From Planctomycetota bacterium (GTDB lineage: Bacteria; Planctomycetota; UBA1135; UBA2386), in the NCBI GenBank assembly GCA_965228735.1, contig OZ245838.1:1152001-1216000 (forward strand): a stretch of DNA of 64,000 nt, in the 5' to 3' direction. A program made the translations under genes and the position numbers. Under the pieces are notes generated by a model. The model ran no database searches and was not told where the DNA came from. It worked only from the letters and a program-made list of their open reading frames with translations. Shown here piece by piece: positions 1 to 10,276 of this stretch; the first letter of the stretch is position 1; every line of letters begins with the position of its first letter.

Positions 1-2
1 TC

Positions 3-572
3 CTCGATGCGGTCTCGGGGGAACTCATCGGTCTGCACTACTCGGTCCGGCCGGGCGTCGGCGCGTTCGACCTGACGCACCACGACGCGCTCGATCTGGA
101 TCCAGCCACCCCGGATCAGCTCGTACTCGATGCCGCGCTGCCCGTCTACGCGAGCGCCACGATCGGGGGCAGGTTCCTGCACATCGAACCCGCGCAGGGA
201 CCGAACGGCGTCCTCGCGACCGACGCGTTCTGGTGCACGGGCGGCCGCGCCGACATCGGCGCGACGATGACGGTGTCGATGTTCGCCCCGTGGGGCAGCG
301 GTCCGCACCTCTCCGTGCTGGCCGCCGCGAGCAGCTTCGCCGCGGTCGGGGCATCAGTGCCCGGCGCCCTCGGTCAGTTCGGGCTCGGCCCGACGCTTTG
401 GGTCAGCACACCGCAGCTGCACGATCCGCAGAACGGTGAGGGCCGCGTGAGCATCACCGTGCCGAACGTGCCGGCGCTGCGTGGCGCGCGCATCCCGTGT
501 CAGGCCGGAACGCTCGAAGTCCCGGCCGGGACGGTTCACCTCGGCAACACGGCGCTGCTCCGCGTGGAGTAG
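3..572 (+). CDS. Partial (5'-truncated) hypothetical, probably exported protein
   Basis: Frame is open from position 3 (LDAVSGELIGLHY...) through ORF 267..572; beta-rich C-terminus ending VPNVPALRGARIPCQAG...GNTALLRVE; no function assignable. Confidence 0.7.
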   Translation, partial: LDAVSGELIGLHYSVRPGVGAFDLTHHDALDLDPATPDQLVLDAALPVYASATIGGRFLHIEPAQGPNGVLATDAFWCTGGRADIGATMTVSMFAPWGSGPHLSVLAAASSFAAVGASVPGALGQFGLGPTLWVSTPQLHDPQNGEGRVSITVPNVPALRGARIPCQAGTLEVPAGTVHLGNTALLRVE

Positions 573-599
573 CCGCACCGCGGCGGTGCGCCCGCGCGG

Positions 600-2942
600 C
601 TACTTCTTCGCGGCCTTCTGGTCGTCGAACTCGATCTTGAGGACGTTCTTGAACTGCGGGATGTCGCGGATGTCGCCGCCGACGGCCTCGAGCAGCGTCC
701 GGACCGCTTCCTGCAGCTGGGCGTCCTCCTGCGGGTCGCCGAGCGCGCGGTTGCCCGGGTAGACCGCGCCGCGCAGATCGCTCACCTGGTCGCGGACCTC
801 GTAGCGCAGCCAGCGGCGCACGTCGTCCTTCGTGAGCTGCGTCTCGAGCCCCTCGTAGAACTCGTCGAAGCCCGGGTAGCGCGAGGTGTCGCCGTCGTCG
901 CCCTCGGCGAGCTGCCGGAACAGCGCCTCGTTCTTCGGCAGCTCCTCCTTCACGTAGTTGCGAAACACGCCCTTCTTCAGTAACGCGAAGACGGCCGCGT
1001 TCTTCCACGCGTCCTCCGGCTTGCGCTCCAGCAACTCGATCTTCTTGTCGGGGATCACGCCCCAGTTGGGGTCGACGATCCGGCCTTCCTTGTCGAACGC
1101 GCGGTGCGGCGTGCGGCCGCTCGGCAGGTGGTAGAGCGCGACCGTGAGCTTGATGCGTGAGCCGGCGTCGTACTTGCCGTTCTTGTTGGCGTCCTCGTAG
1201 GGCTCGCCGTCCTGCCAGGCGCGGTCCCGATTCACGTCGGAGAACCGCTCCGGCGGGTCGGTCTCGAGCGGGATGATGTTCTGCACCGAGCCCTTCCCGA
1301 ACGTGCGCTCACCGATGATCGTCGCGCGCCCGTGATCCTGCAGCGCGCCGGCCGTGATCTCGCTCGCCGACGCCGAGAAGTTGTTCGTCAGCACCGCGAG
1401 CGGCATGTCGGTGACGAAGCGCCGCGGCCGCGTCAGGTATTCCTGGCGATCCTCCGACGGGCCCTCGGTGTAGACGACGAGCTTGTCGGCCGGCAGGAAC
1501 TTCTCGACGACGTCGACGGCCTTGGTCAGGTAGCCGCCGGTGTTGTTGCGGACGTCGAGCACGAGCCCCTTGGCGCCGCGTTCCATGAGGTCGTCGAGCG
1601 CGACCTGCAGCTCGCGGCTGATGTTCGCGCTGAACGTGATCAACTCGATGTAGCCGATGTCGCCCGGCAGCATCGCCCAGTTGACGGACGGCACCGAGAT
1701 CTGATCGCGCGTGATCGTGAAGTCGGCCGGCTCCTGGAAGCCGAGGCGGTAGACGTTGAGCTGCACGTCGGTGCCCGGCTTGCCCTTGAGCCGCTTGATG
1801 ATCTCGTCGGACTCGCGTCCGTTGGTCTCCCAACCGTCGACCTCGAGGATCTTGTCGCCGCTGCGCAGGCCGGCCTCGTAGGCCGGGCCCGAGTAGATCG
1901 GGCGCACGATCGAGAAGTCGCCGTCCTGGTCGAAGTTGACGAACGCTCCGATGCCGCCGTACTCGCGGTCGAGATCGAAGAAGAACCGCTTGTACTCGTC
2001 GCTCGTGAAGAACGTGCTGTGCGGGTCGAGATTCTGCAGCATCCCCTTGGCCGCGAACTCGAGCAGCTCTTCGTCGGTCAGTTCGCCGCCGCGCACGTGG
2101 TTGTAGCGGATGCGGCTCTTGATCTCGTCGAGCAGCCGGTAGCGCTCGTTGCCGCTGCCGTCACCGCTGCTGTGCAGCCGCTCGGCGATGCGCGCGAGGT
2201 CGCGTTCGAACTCGCGCCGCATCTGGGCGCGCTGGAGGTAGAGCCTGGCCTGGCGACCGTAGTCGGTCGGGTCGTCCTGGATCTCGCGCAGCACCGACCA
2301 CGCGCGGCCGCTCTCGACGTTGATCCCGGCGAGCGCGAGCGCGCCGCGGACCTGCAGGTCGCGGTCGCTGCTGCGCAGGAACTGCTCGAGCGTCGTCTTC
2401 GCGACGGCGCGTTGGCTGTTGCTGCCGACTTCCCAGAGCGCGAGCGCGGCCTCGATGCGCACGAGCGGCGGCACGAGCTCGTCCGTCGCGTTCTTGCTCA
2501 GCAGATCGCGCACGTCCGGCAGGATCCGGCTGTTGAACTTGTCGGGGTCGCCGAGCAGCGCGAGCGCCTTGCCGCGCACGCCAGCGTCCTCGGATTCGGC
2601 GAGCGGCTGCAGCAGCGCGAGCAGGTCCCGGCCGTAGGTGGCGTCCTCCTTGAGCCCGTTCAGCGCGACCGCGGCCACGAGCCGGCCCTTGTCGCTCTGC
2701 CCCTCGATCGCCGCCATGAGCGCGTTCTTGAACGCATCGTCGCTCTCCGGAGCCTCGTCGAGCAAGCGGTTGCCGACCTCGAAGAGCTGGTCGACGGGAG
2801 CAGCTTCGGCGGTCGCGAGCGCCGTTCGGATCGAGCGTTCGAGGTCCTGCGCGAACGCCGGGGCGCCGAGCGCCAGGCTGGCCAGGAGAGCGAGAAGGGC
2901 CGGAACACCGAGGACCGGCCGAAGGATCAGAGCTGCAGACAT
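600..2942 (-). CDS. ctpA: S41 carboxyl-terminal processing protease with signal peptide, N-terminal HEAT-like repeats and PDZ domain
   Basis: Signal peptide (...APAFA-Q); LDPHSTFF, YGGIG PDZ entry, GPAYEAGLRSGDKI, LVLDVRNNTGG, catalytic SASASEI and TFGKGSVQ motifs. Confidence 0.92.
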   Translation of the reverse strand: MSAALILRPVLGVPALLALLASLALGAPAFAQDLERSIRTALATAEAAPVDQLFEVGNRLLDEAPESDDAFKNALMAAIEGQSDKGRLVAAVALNGLKEDATYGRDLLALLQPLAESEDAGVRGKALALLGDPDKFNSRILPDVRDLLSKNATDELVPPLVRIEAALALWEVGSNSQRAVAKTTLEQFLRSSDRDLQVRGALALAGINVESGRAWSVLREIQDDPTDYGRQARLYLQRAQMRREFERDLARIAERLHSSGDGSGNERYRLLDEIKSRIRYNHVRGGELTDEELLEFAAKGMLQNLDPHSTFFTSDEYKRFFFDLDREYGGIGAFVNFDQDGDFSIVRPIYSGPAYEAGLRSGDKILEVDGWETNGRESDEIIKRLKGKPGTDVQLNVYRLGFQEPADFTITRDQISVPSVNWAMLPGDIGYIELITFSANISRELQVALDDLMERGAKGLVLDVRNNTGGYLTKAVDVVEKFLPADKLVVYTEGPSEDRQEYLTRPRRFVTDMPLAVLTNNFSASASEITAGALQDHGRATIIGERTFGKGSVQNIIPLETDPPERFSDVNRDRAWQDGEPYEDANKNGKYDAGSRIKLTVALYHLPSGRTPHRAFDKEGRIVDPNWGVIPDKKIELLERKPEDAWKNAAVFALLKKGVFRNYVKEELPKNEALFRQLAEGDDGDTSRYPGFDEFYEGLETQLTKDDVRRWLRYEVRDQVSDLRGAVYPGNRALGDPQEDAQLQEAVRTLLEAVGGDIRDIPQFKNVLKIEFDDQKAAKK

Positions 2943-3114
2943 CGAGTCTCCGTGAGATCAGGGGGCACGAGCGCCCCGCAGGACGTCCCATCGGGCCCTG
3001 GGGCGGGCCGACGGGACCATGACATCACCTATACGTTGCCACCGGGAAGTTGCCGAACACGTTTTGTCCACGGGACATGGTCCGGCCGGCCACACCGGGG
3101 CTACGCTCGGGTCG

Positions 3115-3660
3115 ATGAGCGATCCGAGCCGCGGAGCGAATGATGCCGGGCTGACCCACCTGGACCGGCGCGGGCGGGCCCAGATGGTCGACGTTTCCGA
3201 GAAAGCGGCCACCCGCCGGGTGGCGCGCGCCCGCGCGGACTTCCGCCTGAATCCGGCGGTCCGGGAACTCCTCCTGACCGGGCAACTCGAGAAGGGCGAG
3301 GCGCTGGCCGTCGCCCGGGTGGCCGGCATCCAGGCCGCCAAGCTCACCGATCGGCTGATTCCGTTGTGTCATTCGCTGGCCCTGAGCAAGGTCCGGGTCG
3401 AGTTCGAACCCGTGGACGAAGACGGCATCCGCGTGACGACCGAAGCGATCACGACGGGCCCGACCGGGGTCGAGATGGAAGCGCTCACCGCGGCGTCGGT
3501 CGCCGCGTTGACGCTGTACGACATGGTGAAGGCCCGTTGCCGTGGAGCTCGGATAGAACGCGTCGAACTCGTGCACAAGTCCGGCGGCAAGAGCGGCAGC
3601 TGGGACGCCGAGGGGACCGCGGACCCGGCTGCGCCCAAGACCGACGGCGGCAACCCATGA
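3115..3660 (+). CDS. moaC: Cyclic pyranopterin monophosphate synthase MoaC
   Basis: LTHLD...MVDVSEK, LIPLCH, TGVEMEALT, YDMVKA, KSGGKSG motifs; start taken at ATG 3115. Confidence 0.96.
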   Translation: MSDPSRGANDAGLTHLDRRGRAQMVDVSEKAATRRVARARADFRLNPAVRELLLTGQLEKGEALAVARVAGIQAAKLTDRLIPLCHSLALSKVRVEFEPVDEDGIRVTTEAITTGPTGVEMEALTAASVAALTLYDMVKARCRGARIERVELVHKSGGKSGSWDAEGTADPAAPKTDGGNP

Positions 3661-4652
3661 GCGCGCACGTCGCGATCGTCGGGGCGACCGGGGCCGTCGG
3701 GCGCGATCTCCTCGCGGTGCTGGCCGCGCGCGAGTTCCCGGTGGGTCGCCTGCGGCTGCTCGCGAGCCCGCGCTCGGCCGGGCAGCAGCTCGAGTTCGGC
3801 GGTGAAACGATCCGGGTCGAGCCGCTCGGGCCCGACTCGTTCCGCGGCGTCGATCTCGCCCTGTTCTCGGCCGGGGGCATCGTGTCGCGGGAGTTCGCGC
3901 CGCGCGCGGTCGAGGCCGGCGCGATCGTCGTCGACAACAGCTCGGCCTTCCGCCTCGACCCCGAGGTGCCGCTCGTCGTGCCGGAGGTCAACCCGGACGC
4001 CGCAGCGAACCATCAGGGCATCCTCAGCAACCCCAACTGCTCGACCATCCTGCTCACGCTGCCGCTGGCGCCATTGCATCGAACGGCCGGGCTGCGCGCC
4101 ATCGTCGTCGCGACCTACCAGGCGGCTTCCGGCGCCGGCCAACGCGCGATCGACGAGCTCCGCCAGGGCGCCGACGCGATCCTGCGCGGACGCGAACCAG
4201 AGGGCGATGTGTTCCCGCACCCGCTCGCGTTCAACCTGCTGCCCCACGTCGACGTCTTCCAACCCGACGGCTACACGCGCGAGGAGGACAAGATGCTGCA
4301 CGAGACGCGCAAGATCTTCGCGCTGCCAGAACTGGAGGTCGAGGCCACGTGCGTGCGCGTGCCCGTCGAGCGTTGCCACAGCGAGGCCGTGACGGTGCAC
4401 CTCGAGAACGAGCTGAGCGTCGCCGAGGCCCGGGAGCTGTTCGCGACCGCCCCTGGACTCGAGCTGGTCGACGATCCGGCCGAGCAGCGGTACCCGATGC
4501 CGCGCGCGATGGCGGGCCGCGACCCGGTCGCCGTCGGTCGCGTGCGCCAGAGCCGGGTCTTCACGCCGGGACTGTCGTTCTGGCTCTGCGGCGACCAGCT
4601 GCGCAAGGGCGCGGCGCTCAACGCCGTGCAGATCGCCGAGCTGGTCCGTTGA
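3657..4652 (+). CDS. asd: Aspartate-semialdehyde dehydrogenase
   Basis: [30 protein letters not shown] (catalytic Cys), [26 protein letters not shown] overlap with moaC stop. Confidence 0.97.
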   Translation: MSAHVAIVGATGAVGRDLLAVLAAREFPVGRLRLLASPRSAGQQLEFGGETIRVEPLGPDSFRGVDLALFSAGGIVSREFAPRAVEAGAIVVDNSSAFRLDPEVPLVVPEVNPDAAANHQGILSNPNCSTILLTLPLAPLHRTAGLRAIVVATYQAASGAGQRAIDELRQGADAILRGREPEGDVFPHPLAFNLLPHVDVFQPDGYTREEDKMLHETRKIFALPELEVEATCVRVPVERCHSEAVTVHLENELSVAEARELFATAPGLELVDDPAEQRYPMPRAMAGRDPVAVGRVRQSRVFTPGLSFWLCGDQLRKGAALNAVQIAELVR

Positions 4653-4737
4653 GTCTCCCGGAAAGCCTGGACTCTGCGCACCGAAGTCCCTTCACTTGCG
4701 CGCCAACGTTTTCGCCTCGTCCGTACTACGAGACCGC

Positions 4738-5388
4738 ATGCCCAAGAAGCGCGTGACCAAGAAGTCCACGAGCGCGGCCAAGAAGCGCGCCGCCAAGAAG
4801 ACCCCGACCAAGCAGGCGCCCGCCAAGAAGCGGCCAGCCGGTAAGGCCGCCAAGAAGGCCACGAAGAAGGCTCCCAAGAGGGCCGCCGCACGTAAGCGCG
4901 TGGCAGCGGGGGCCGACAGCGCCGGCTCCGCCCAGCTGGAGAACCTGCAGCGTTTGATCGAGCTCATGGTCGAGAAGGAGGTCGTCGAGGTCGAGATCGA
5001 GGAGGAGGGCGCGCGCTGGCGCGTGCGTCGCGCCGAGGCCCCGGCCGTCCACTACGCCGCGGCCGCGCCGATGCCGATGCCCGCCGCGCATGCGCCGGCC
5101 ACCGGTCCGGCACCGGCTGCCGCCGGTGCCGAGGCGGCCCCGGCCGAACCGCAGGGCGAGGTCTTCAAGTCGCCCATGGTCGGCACCTTCTACCGCGCGC
5201 CATCGCCGGACGCCGAGCCGTTCAGCAAGCCGGGCGACAAGGTCTCCGCCGACTCGACGCTCTGCATCATCGAGGCGATGAAGGTCATGAACGAGATCAA
5301 GGCCGAGCGCGAGTTCGAGATCCTCGACATCCTCGTCAAGGACGGCGAGTCGGTCGAGTTCGGCCAGCCCCTGTTCACGATCCGGTAG
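4738..5388 (+). CDS. accB: Acetyl-CoA carboxylase biotin carboxyl carrier protein with Lys/Ala-rich N-terminal extension
   Basis: [13 protein letters not shown] and [11 protein letters not shown] biotinylation motif, VEFGQPLF; directly upstream of accC. Confidence 0.95.
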   Translation: MPKKRVTKKSTSAAKKRAAKKTPTKQAPAKKRPAGKAAKKATKKAPKRAAARKRVAAGADSAGSAQLENLQRLIELMVEKEVVEVEIEEEGARWRVRRAEAPAVHYAAAAPMPMPAAHAPATGPAPAAAGAEAAPAEPQGEVFKSPMVGTFYRAPSPDAEPFSKPGDKVSADSTLCIIEAMKVMNEIKAEREFEILDILVKDGESVEFGQPLFTIR

Positions 5389-5392
5389 TCGA

Positions 5393-6742
5393 ATGTTCCA
5401 TCGCATCCTGATCGCGAACCGCGGCGAGATCGCGCTGCGCATCCAGCGCGCCTGCAAGGATCTCGGCATCGAGACCGTGGCGGTCTACAGCGAGGCGGAC
5501 AAGGACTCGCTGCACCTGCGCTACGCCGACGAGACGATCTGCATCGGGCGGGCGCCGAGTCCCGAGAGCTACCTCAACATCCCGTCGATCATCGCCGCGG
5601 CGGAGATCGCGGACGCCGACGCGATCCACCCGGGCTACGGCTTCCTCTCGGAGAACGAGCACTTCGCCGAGGTCTGCCACAGCTGCAACATCAAGTTCAT
5701 CGGGCCGGCGGCGTCGGCCATCAAGGAGTGCGGTGACAAGGTCGCCGCCAAGAAGCTCGCGGTCGCCGCCGACGTGCCGACCGTGCCGGGATCGGACGGC
5801 CCGATCTCGAGCGAGCAGGAGGCCCTCGAGATCGCGCGCGAGATCGGCTTCCCCGTGCTCATCAAGGCGGCGGCCGGCGGCGGCGGGCGCGGCATGCGCA
5901 TCGCGCACAACGAGCCGAGCCTCGCGACCGGCTACCACTCGGCGCGCTCCGAGGCCGAGAGCGCGTTCAAGGACTCGACCGTCTACCTCGAGAAGTTCAT
6001 CGAGAAGCCGCGCCACGTCGAGATCCAGATCATGGCCGACACGCACGGCAACGTGGTGCACCTCGGCGAGCGCGACTGCTCGCTGCAGCGGCGCCACCAG
6101 AAGCTGCTCGAGGAGAGCCCGTGCCCGGTGCTCGACCCCGCGACGCGCGCGGCGATGGGCGAGGCCGCGGTCCGGCTCGCCAAGGCCGCGAACTACCACT
6201 CCGCGGGCACGGTCGAGTTCCTGCTCGACCAGGACAAGAACTTCTACTTCATCGAGATCAACTCGCGCATCCAGGTCGAGCACCCGGTGACGGAGATGGT
6301 CACCAACACCGATCTCATCCGCGAGATGATCCTCGTCGCCGCCGGCCACCGGCTGTCGATGACGCAGGACGACATCGAGCTGCGCGGCCACGCGATCGAG
6401 TTCCGCATCAACGCCGAGGATCCGGACCACAACTTCCAGCCATCGCCGGGTCGGATCGAGACGTTCGTCGCGCCGGCCGGACCGGGCGTCCGCTGGGACA
6501 GCCACATCTATCAGGGCTACTCGGTGCCGCCGCACTACGACTCGATGGTCGGCAAGCTCATCGTGCATCGCCCGACGCGCAAGCAGGCGATCGAGGTCGC
6601 CCAGCGCGCGCTGCAAGAGCTCACGACGGACGGCATCAAGACGACGACGAACCTCTTCAAGCAGATCCTGCGGCACTCGGACTTCACGTCCGGCCAGGTC
6701 GACACGGGCTTCATCGACCGCTACTTCACGCCGCGCGGATGA
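5393..6742 (+). CDS. accC: Acetyl-CoA carboxylase biotin carboxylase subunit
   Basis: [68 protein letters not shown]. Confidence 0.98.
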   Translation: MFHRILIANRGEIALRIQRACKDLGIETVAVYSEADKDSLHLRYADETICIGRAPSPESYLNIPSIIAAAEIADADAIHPGYGFLSENEHFAEVCHSCNIKFIGPAASAIKECGDKVAAKKLAVAADVPTVPGSDGPISSEQEALEIAREIGFPVLIKAAAGGGGRGMRIAHNEPSLATGYHSARSEAESAFKDSTVYLEKFIEKPRHVEIQIMADTHGNVVHLGERDCSLQRRHQKLLEESPCPVLDPATRAAMGEAAVRLAKAANYHSAGTVEFLLDQDKNFYFIEINSRIQVEHPVTEMVTNTDLIREMILVAAGHRLSMTQDDIELRGHAIEFRINAEDPDHNFQPSPGRIETFVAPAGPGVRWDSHIYQGYSVPPHYDSMVGKLIVHRPTRKQAIEVAQRALQELTTDGIKTTTNLFKQILRHSDFTSGQVDTGFIDRYFTPRG

Positions 6743-7806
6743 CCTCGGACGACCGGCCGATGCGCGTGGGGGTGCTGACCGGCGGCGGCGATGCCCCGGG
6801 TCTCAACGCCGCGATCTGCGGCCTCGGTCGCCGATTGCTCGCGGCGAACGCCGAGCTCATCGGCTTCAAGGACGGCTGGCACGGCCTCATCGAGGACGAC
6901 ACGCTGGCGCTCGATGACGTCAACTTCCAGCACCTGCTCGTGAAGGGCGGCACCCTGCTCGGGAGCAGCAGCGCCAACCCGTACTTCGACCCGGACCGGG
7001 ACGTCCCGAAGGTCCTCGCCAACCTGCAGCGGCACCGCCTCGACGCCGTGGTCGCGATCGGGGGTGACGGCACGCTCGGGGCCGCCGACCGGCTGCACCG
7101 CGAGCACCAGGTCCCCGTCGTCGCCGTGCCGAAGACGATCGACAACGATCTCGAGGCGACGGACTTCACGTTCGGCTTCTTCTCGGCGGTCGAGGTCGCG
7201 ACCCGCGCGATGGACGACCTGCGCAGCACGGCCGATGCCCACGGCCGCGTCATGGTCGTCGAGTGCATGGGCCGCCACGCCGGCTGGATCACCGGCTACG
7301 CCGGCGTCGCCGCGGGAGCCGAAGCGATCCTCGTGCCCGAGCGGCCGGCCGACATCGACGAGCTCTGCGACAACCTCGCGTCGCTGCGCGCGGCCGGCGC
7401 GCGGTCGGCGATCGTCGCCGTGGCCGAGGGCGTCCGCATCTTCGAGGGCGGGGCGTGTCTGTCGTCGAGCGAGAAAGACCGCTTCGGCGAGTTCCGGATC
7501 GGCGGGGCGGCGCAGACCATCGCGGCGTGCGTGCAGCGGCGCCTCGGCTGGGAGGCGCGGCACCTCGTGCTCGGCCATCTGCAACGGGCCGGGCAGCCGC
7601 TCGCGTTCGACCGCCTGTTCGCGCTCCGGCTCGGCGCCCGCGCCGCGCGCCTCGTGCTCGAGGGCAGGTTCGGACTCATGGCCGCGATGCAGAACGGCGA
7701 GATCGTAGAGGTCCCGCTGGCGAGCGCCGTCTCGGCGCGTAAGACGCTGCCCGCGCGCTTCCTCGACCGCTACGGCTCGTTCTTCCTGCCGATCGACGGC
7801 CCGTGA
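6739..7806 (+). CDS. pfkA: 6-phosphofructokinase (PfkA family, GGDG type, probably ATP-dependent)
   Basis: [44 protein letters not shown] overlap with accC. Confidence 0.92.
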   Translation: MTSDDRPMRVGVLTGGGDAPGLNAAICGLGRRLLAANAELIGFKDGWHGLIEDDTLALDDVNFQHLLVKGGTLLGSSSANPYFDPDRDVPKVLANLQRHRLDAVVAIGGDGTLGAADRLHREHQVPVVAVPKTIDNDLEATDFTFGFFSAVEVATRAMDDLRSTADAHGRVMVVECMGRHAGWITGYAGVAAGAEAILVPERPADIDELCDNLASLRAAGARSAIVAVAEGVRIFEGGACLSSSEKDRFGEFRIGGAAQTIAACVQRRLGWEARHLVLGHLQRAGQPLAFDRLFALRLGARAARLVLEGRFGLMAAMQNGEIVEVPLASAVSARKTLPARFLDRYGSFFLPIDGP

Positions 7807-7880
7807 TGCCGATGCAGGCCTGACTGGCCGAGCGGGTCCTGACGCCCGGCGGCCCGCCGCTTACACTCCACGGATCGAGC

Positions 7881-9206
7881 ATGAACCGAGTCGAACTCAG
7901 CGTGAGCCGCGTCCTCCCGACTCTCGGGGTGCTCCTCGCACTCGGCGCCCCAGCCGTGAGCCAGGTCGGGGGCACCCAGAATCCCGCCGGCAGTCAGGCC
8001 CCGGGTGCTCAGCAGGGACCGGGTGGCCAGGGGCCGGGTGGCCAAGGATCGGGCACCGGCGTGCCCGTGCGCGTCCCGGGACCGGGCGCGGTCGACCCCA
8101 ACGAACGCCCGATGAGCACGGGCGACGCGGAGCTCGACAACCTGATTCCGGTGTGGCAGCAGGCGCCGACCCGGCAGGCGTTCCGCGGCTTTCCGATCTT
8201 CCCGAACGAGTTCCCGGGCTACGGCGGCTATCCGCGTTCGTTGTCGGAGATCGCCACGTCGGGTGAGATTCCGGCGCTCAGGAACCTGCCGGTGCCCACA
8301 GCGCCGCCGCAGACGGGTTGGCCGGTGTGGCTGGAGAACCTCAGCAGTGAACCGCTGCCGTACCAGCCCGACCGCGCGCTGCTGCTGCGCACCGTCGGCC
8401 GCGTGTGGCTGCAGACGCCGGCCGATCCGGTCTTCACGCCGCTCTACTTCCACGACAAGTTGCGCAACGTCGCGCCGCAGACGGCGGTCGAGGTGCGACA
8501 GGTCGGCGAGTTCGAGTTGCTGCTCTACGGCGGCAGCCGTTTCGTCTCGCACGGGCCGGCCCGGCTGCACGTGCGCGAGCTCACCGACGAGCACGTCGTG
8601 ATCGACCTGCGGGAACTGACCAACGTTCGCTTCGAGGGCTACGGCCGCGAACATCGCGTGCAACTGCCGGACGGCTCGACGCTCGTCGTCTCGCCAGGTG
8701 AGCGTCCGATCCCGTCCGACGCGCCAGTCCCGCCGCCGCCGACGCTCGGTGGGTTCGGCGGCCTCGGCGCGTTGCTCGGTGCGGCCGGCGCCGGGCTCAG
8801 CGGTGCACCCACGGGGCCGCAGCCGGCCCTGCTCGTGCTGGAGCGCGCCGACGAGCCGGGTCGTCACAGCGGCCGTGCGACGATCTGGAACGGCGGCGCG
8901 GAGCCGGTCGAGTGGCGGCACGCGTTCGGCACGACACAGATCGGCAGCGGCGAGCGGGTCACGTTCTTCCTTGCACCGCCCGCGACCGGGCTGCCGGGGG
9001 GGCTGTCCGCGGCGGGGGTCGACGTCGCGCGCGACGGCACGGCCCGGCGCTGTCAGTCGCCGGCCGGCGGCGCGGTGACCTGGTCGGGCGCGAGGTTCGA
9101 CCTCGCCGGCGGCGCCGTTCTGCGGCTCGACCCGCTCCAGGGGGACCCGTTCGCCGCGAAGAGGACCGACCCGCCGGCAGCTTCGGGGCCGGAGGGCACG
9201 CGCTGA
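7881..9206 (+). CDS. Secreted hypothetical protein with Gly/Gln/Pro-rich linker and possible FecR-like beta domain
   Basis: Signal peptide, PGAQQGPGGQGPGGQG low-complexity stretch; middle segment (GRVWLQ...AVEVRQVGEFELLLYGGSRF...PARLHV) resembles the FecR pattern by eye. Confidence 0.65.
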   Translation: MNRVELSVSRVLPTLGVLLALGAPAVSQVGGTQNPAGSQAPGAQQGPGGQGPGGQGSGTGVPVRVPGPGAVDPNERPMSTGDAELDNLIPVWQQAPTRQAFRGFPIFPNEFPGYGGYPRSLSEIATSGEIPALRNLPVPTAPPQTGWPVWLENLSSEPLPYQPDRALLLRTVGRVWLQTPADPVFTPLYFHDKLRNVAPQTAVEVRQVGEFELLLYGGSRFVSHGPARLHVRELTDEHVVIDLRELTNVRFEGYGREHRVQLPDGSTLVVSPGERPIPSDAPVPPPPTLGGFGGLGALLGAAGAGLSGAPTGPQPALLVLERADEPGRHSGRATIWNGGAEPVEWRHAFGTTQIGSGERVTFFLAPPATGLPGGLSAAGVDVARDGTARRCQSPAGGAVTWSGARFDLAGGAVLRLDPLQGDPFAAKRTDPPAASGPEGTR

Positions 9207-10183
9207 GTTCGCCGCCGACGACGCAGCTGGCGGCGGCCGTCGGCGATGCCGCGGCGCGACTCCGTGACCATGTCGAACGCACCCCGCTCGTGACGGCCGA
9301 CTGGCTGTCCGATCGGAGCGGGGCCGAGGTCCGGTTCAAGCTCGAGAACGTGCAGCGCACCGGTTCGTTCAAGGTGCGCGGCGCGACTCACGCGCTGCTG
9401 TGCCTGCCATCCGACCGGCGGGCGCGCGGTGTCGTCGCGGCGTCGTCGGGCAACCACGGCCTCGGACTCGCCGCCGCCGCGCGCCGGCTCGACGTGCCGG
9501 CGCTGGTGTTCGTGCCGGAGACGACACCGGCAGAGAAGCGCGCGGCGATCGCCGACCAGGGCGCCGAGGTGCGGGTGCACGGCGCCGACTGCGTCGACAC
9601 GGAGGCCCATGCACGGCGGTTCGCCGCCACCGACGGGCGACATTACGTCTCGCCCTACAACGACGCCGACGTCATCGCGGGGCAGGGCACGGTCGCGGTC
9701 GAACTGCTCGAGCAGTGGCGTGACGTGCAACGGCTCTACGTCGCGGTCGGCGGCGGGGGGCTGATCAGCGGCATGGCGGCGTGGGCACGCCGGATCGTGC
9801 CCGACATCGAGATCGTCGGCTGTTCGCCCGCCGCATCGCCGGCCATGGCGGAGTGCGTGCGCGTCGGCCGCATCCACGATGTCGAGTGCGGAGAAACCCT
9901 GAGCGACAGCACGGCTGGCGGGGTGGAGGCCGGAGCGATCACGTATCCGCTGTGTCGCGACCTCGTCGATCGGTTCGTCGACGTCGACGAAGACGCGATC
10001 GCGCGCGCACTCATCGCCACGCTCGAGCACCAGCACCTGCTGGTCGAGGGCGCCGCGGCCGTCGCGGTTGCCGGCCTGCTCGCCGATGTCGCGGCCGGCC
10101 GGCCGGCGCGGCGTTCGGCCGTCGTGATCTGCGGCGGCAACCTGCCGCTCGCGACGCTGCGCAGGGTTCTCGGTTCGCACTGA
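9203..10183 (+). CDS. PLP-dependent threonine/serine dehydratase family protein (no ACT domain)
   Basis: KLENVQRTGSFKVRGA (PLP Lys), SSGNHG, GQGT, VGGGGL, GGN; likely CTG start overlapping the upstream stop, with GGAGGG 6 nt upstream. Confidence 0.9.
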   Translation: MSSPPTTQLAAAVGDAAARLRDHVERTPLVTADWLSDRSGAEVRFKLENVQRTGSFKVRGATHALLCLPSDRRARGVVAASSGNHGLGLAAAARRLDVPALVFVPETTPAEKRAAIADQGAEVRVHGADCVDTEAHARRFAATDGRHYVSPYNDADVIAGQGTVAVELLEQWRDVQRLYVAVGGGGLISGMAAWARRIVPDIEIVGCSPAASPAMAECVRVGRIHDVECGETLSDSTAGGVEAGAITYPLCRDLVDRFVDVDEDAIARALIATLEHQHLLVEGAAAVAVAGLLADVAAGRPARRSAVVICGGNLPLATLRRVLGSH

Positions 10184-10276
10184 GCGCGCCGGCAAACGCT
10201 CAAGCGCCGGAGTTCCCCGGACCGATAGTCCCCTTGGCATGGCTACAGCCACTGCCGCGGCGTGCGAGGCCGCTAC

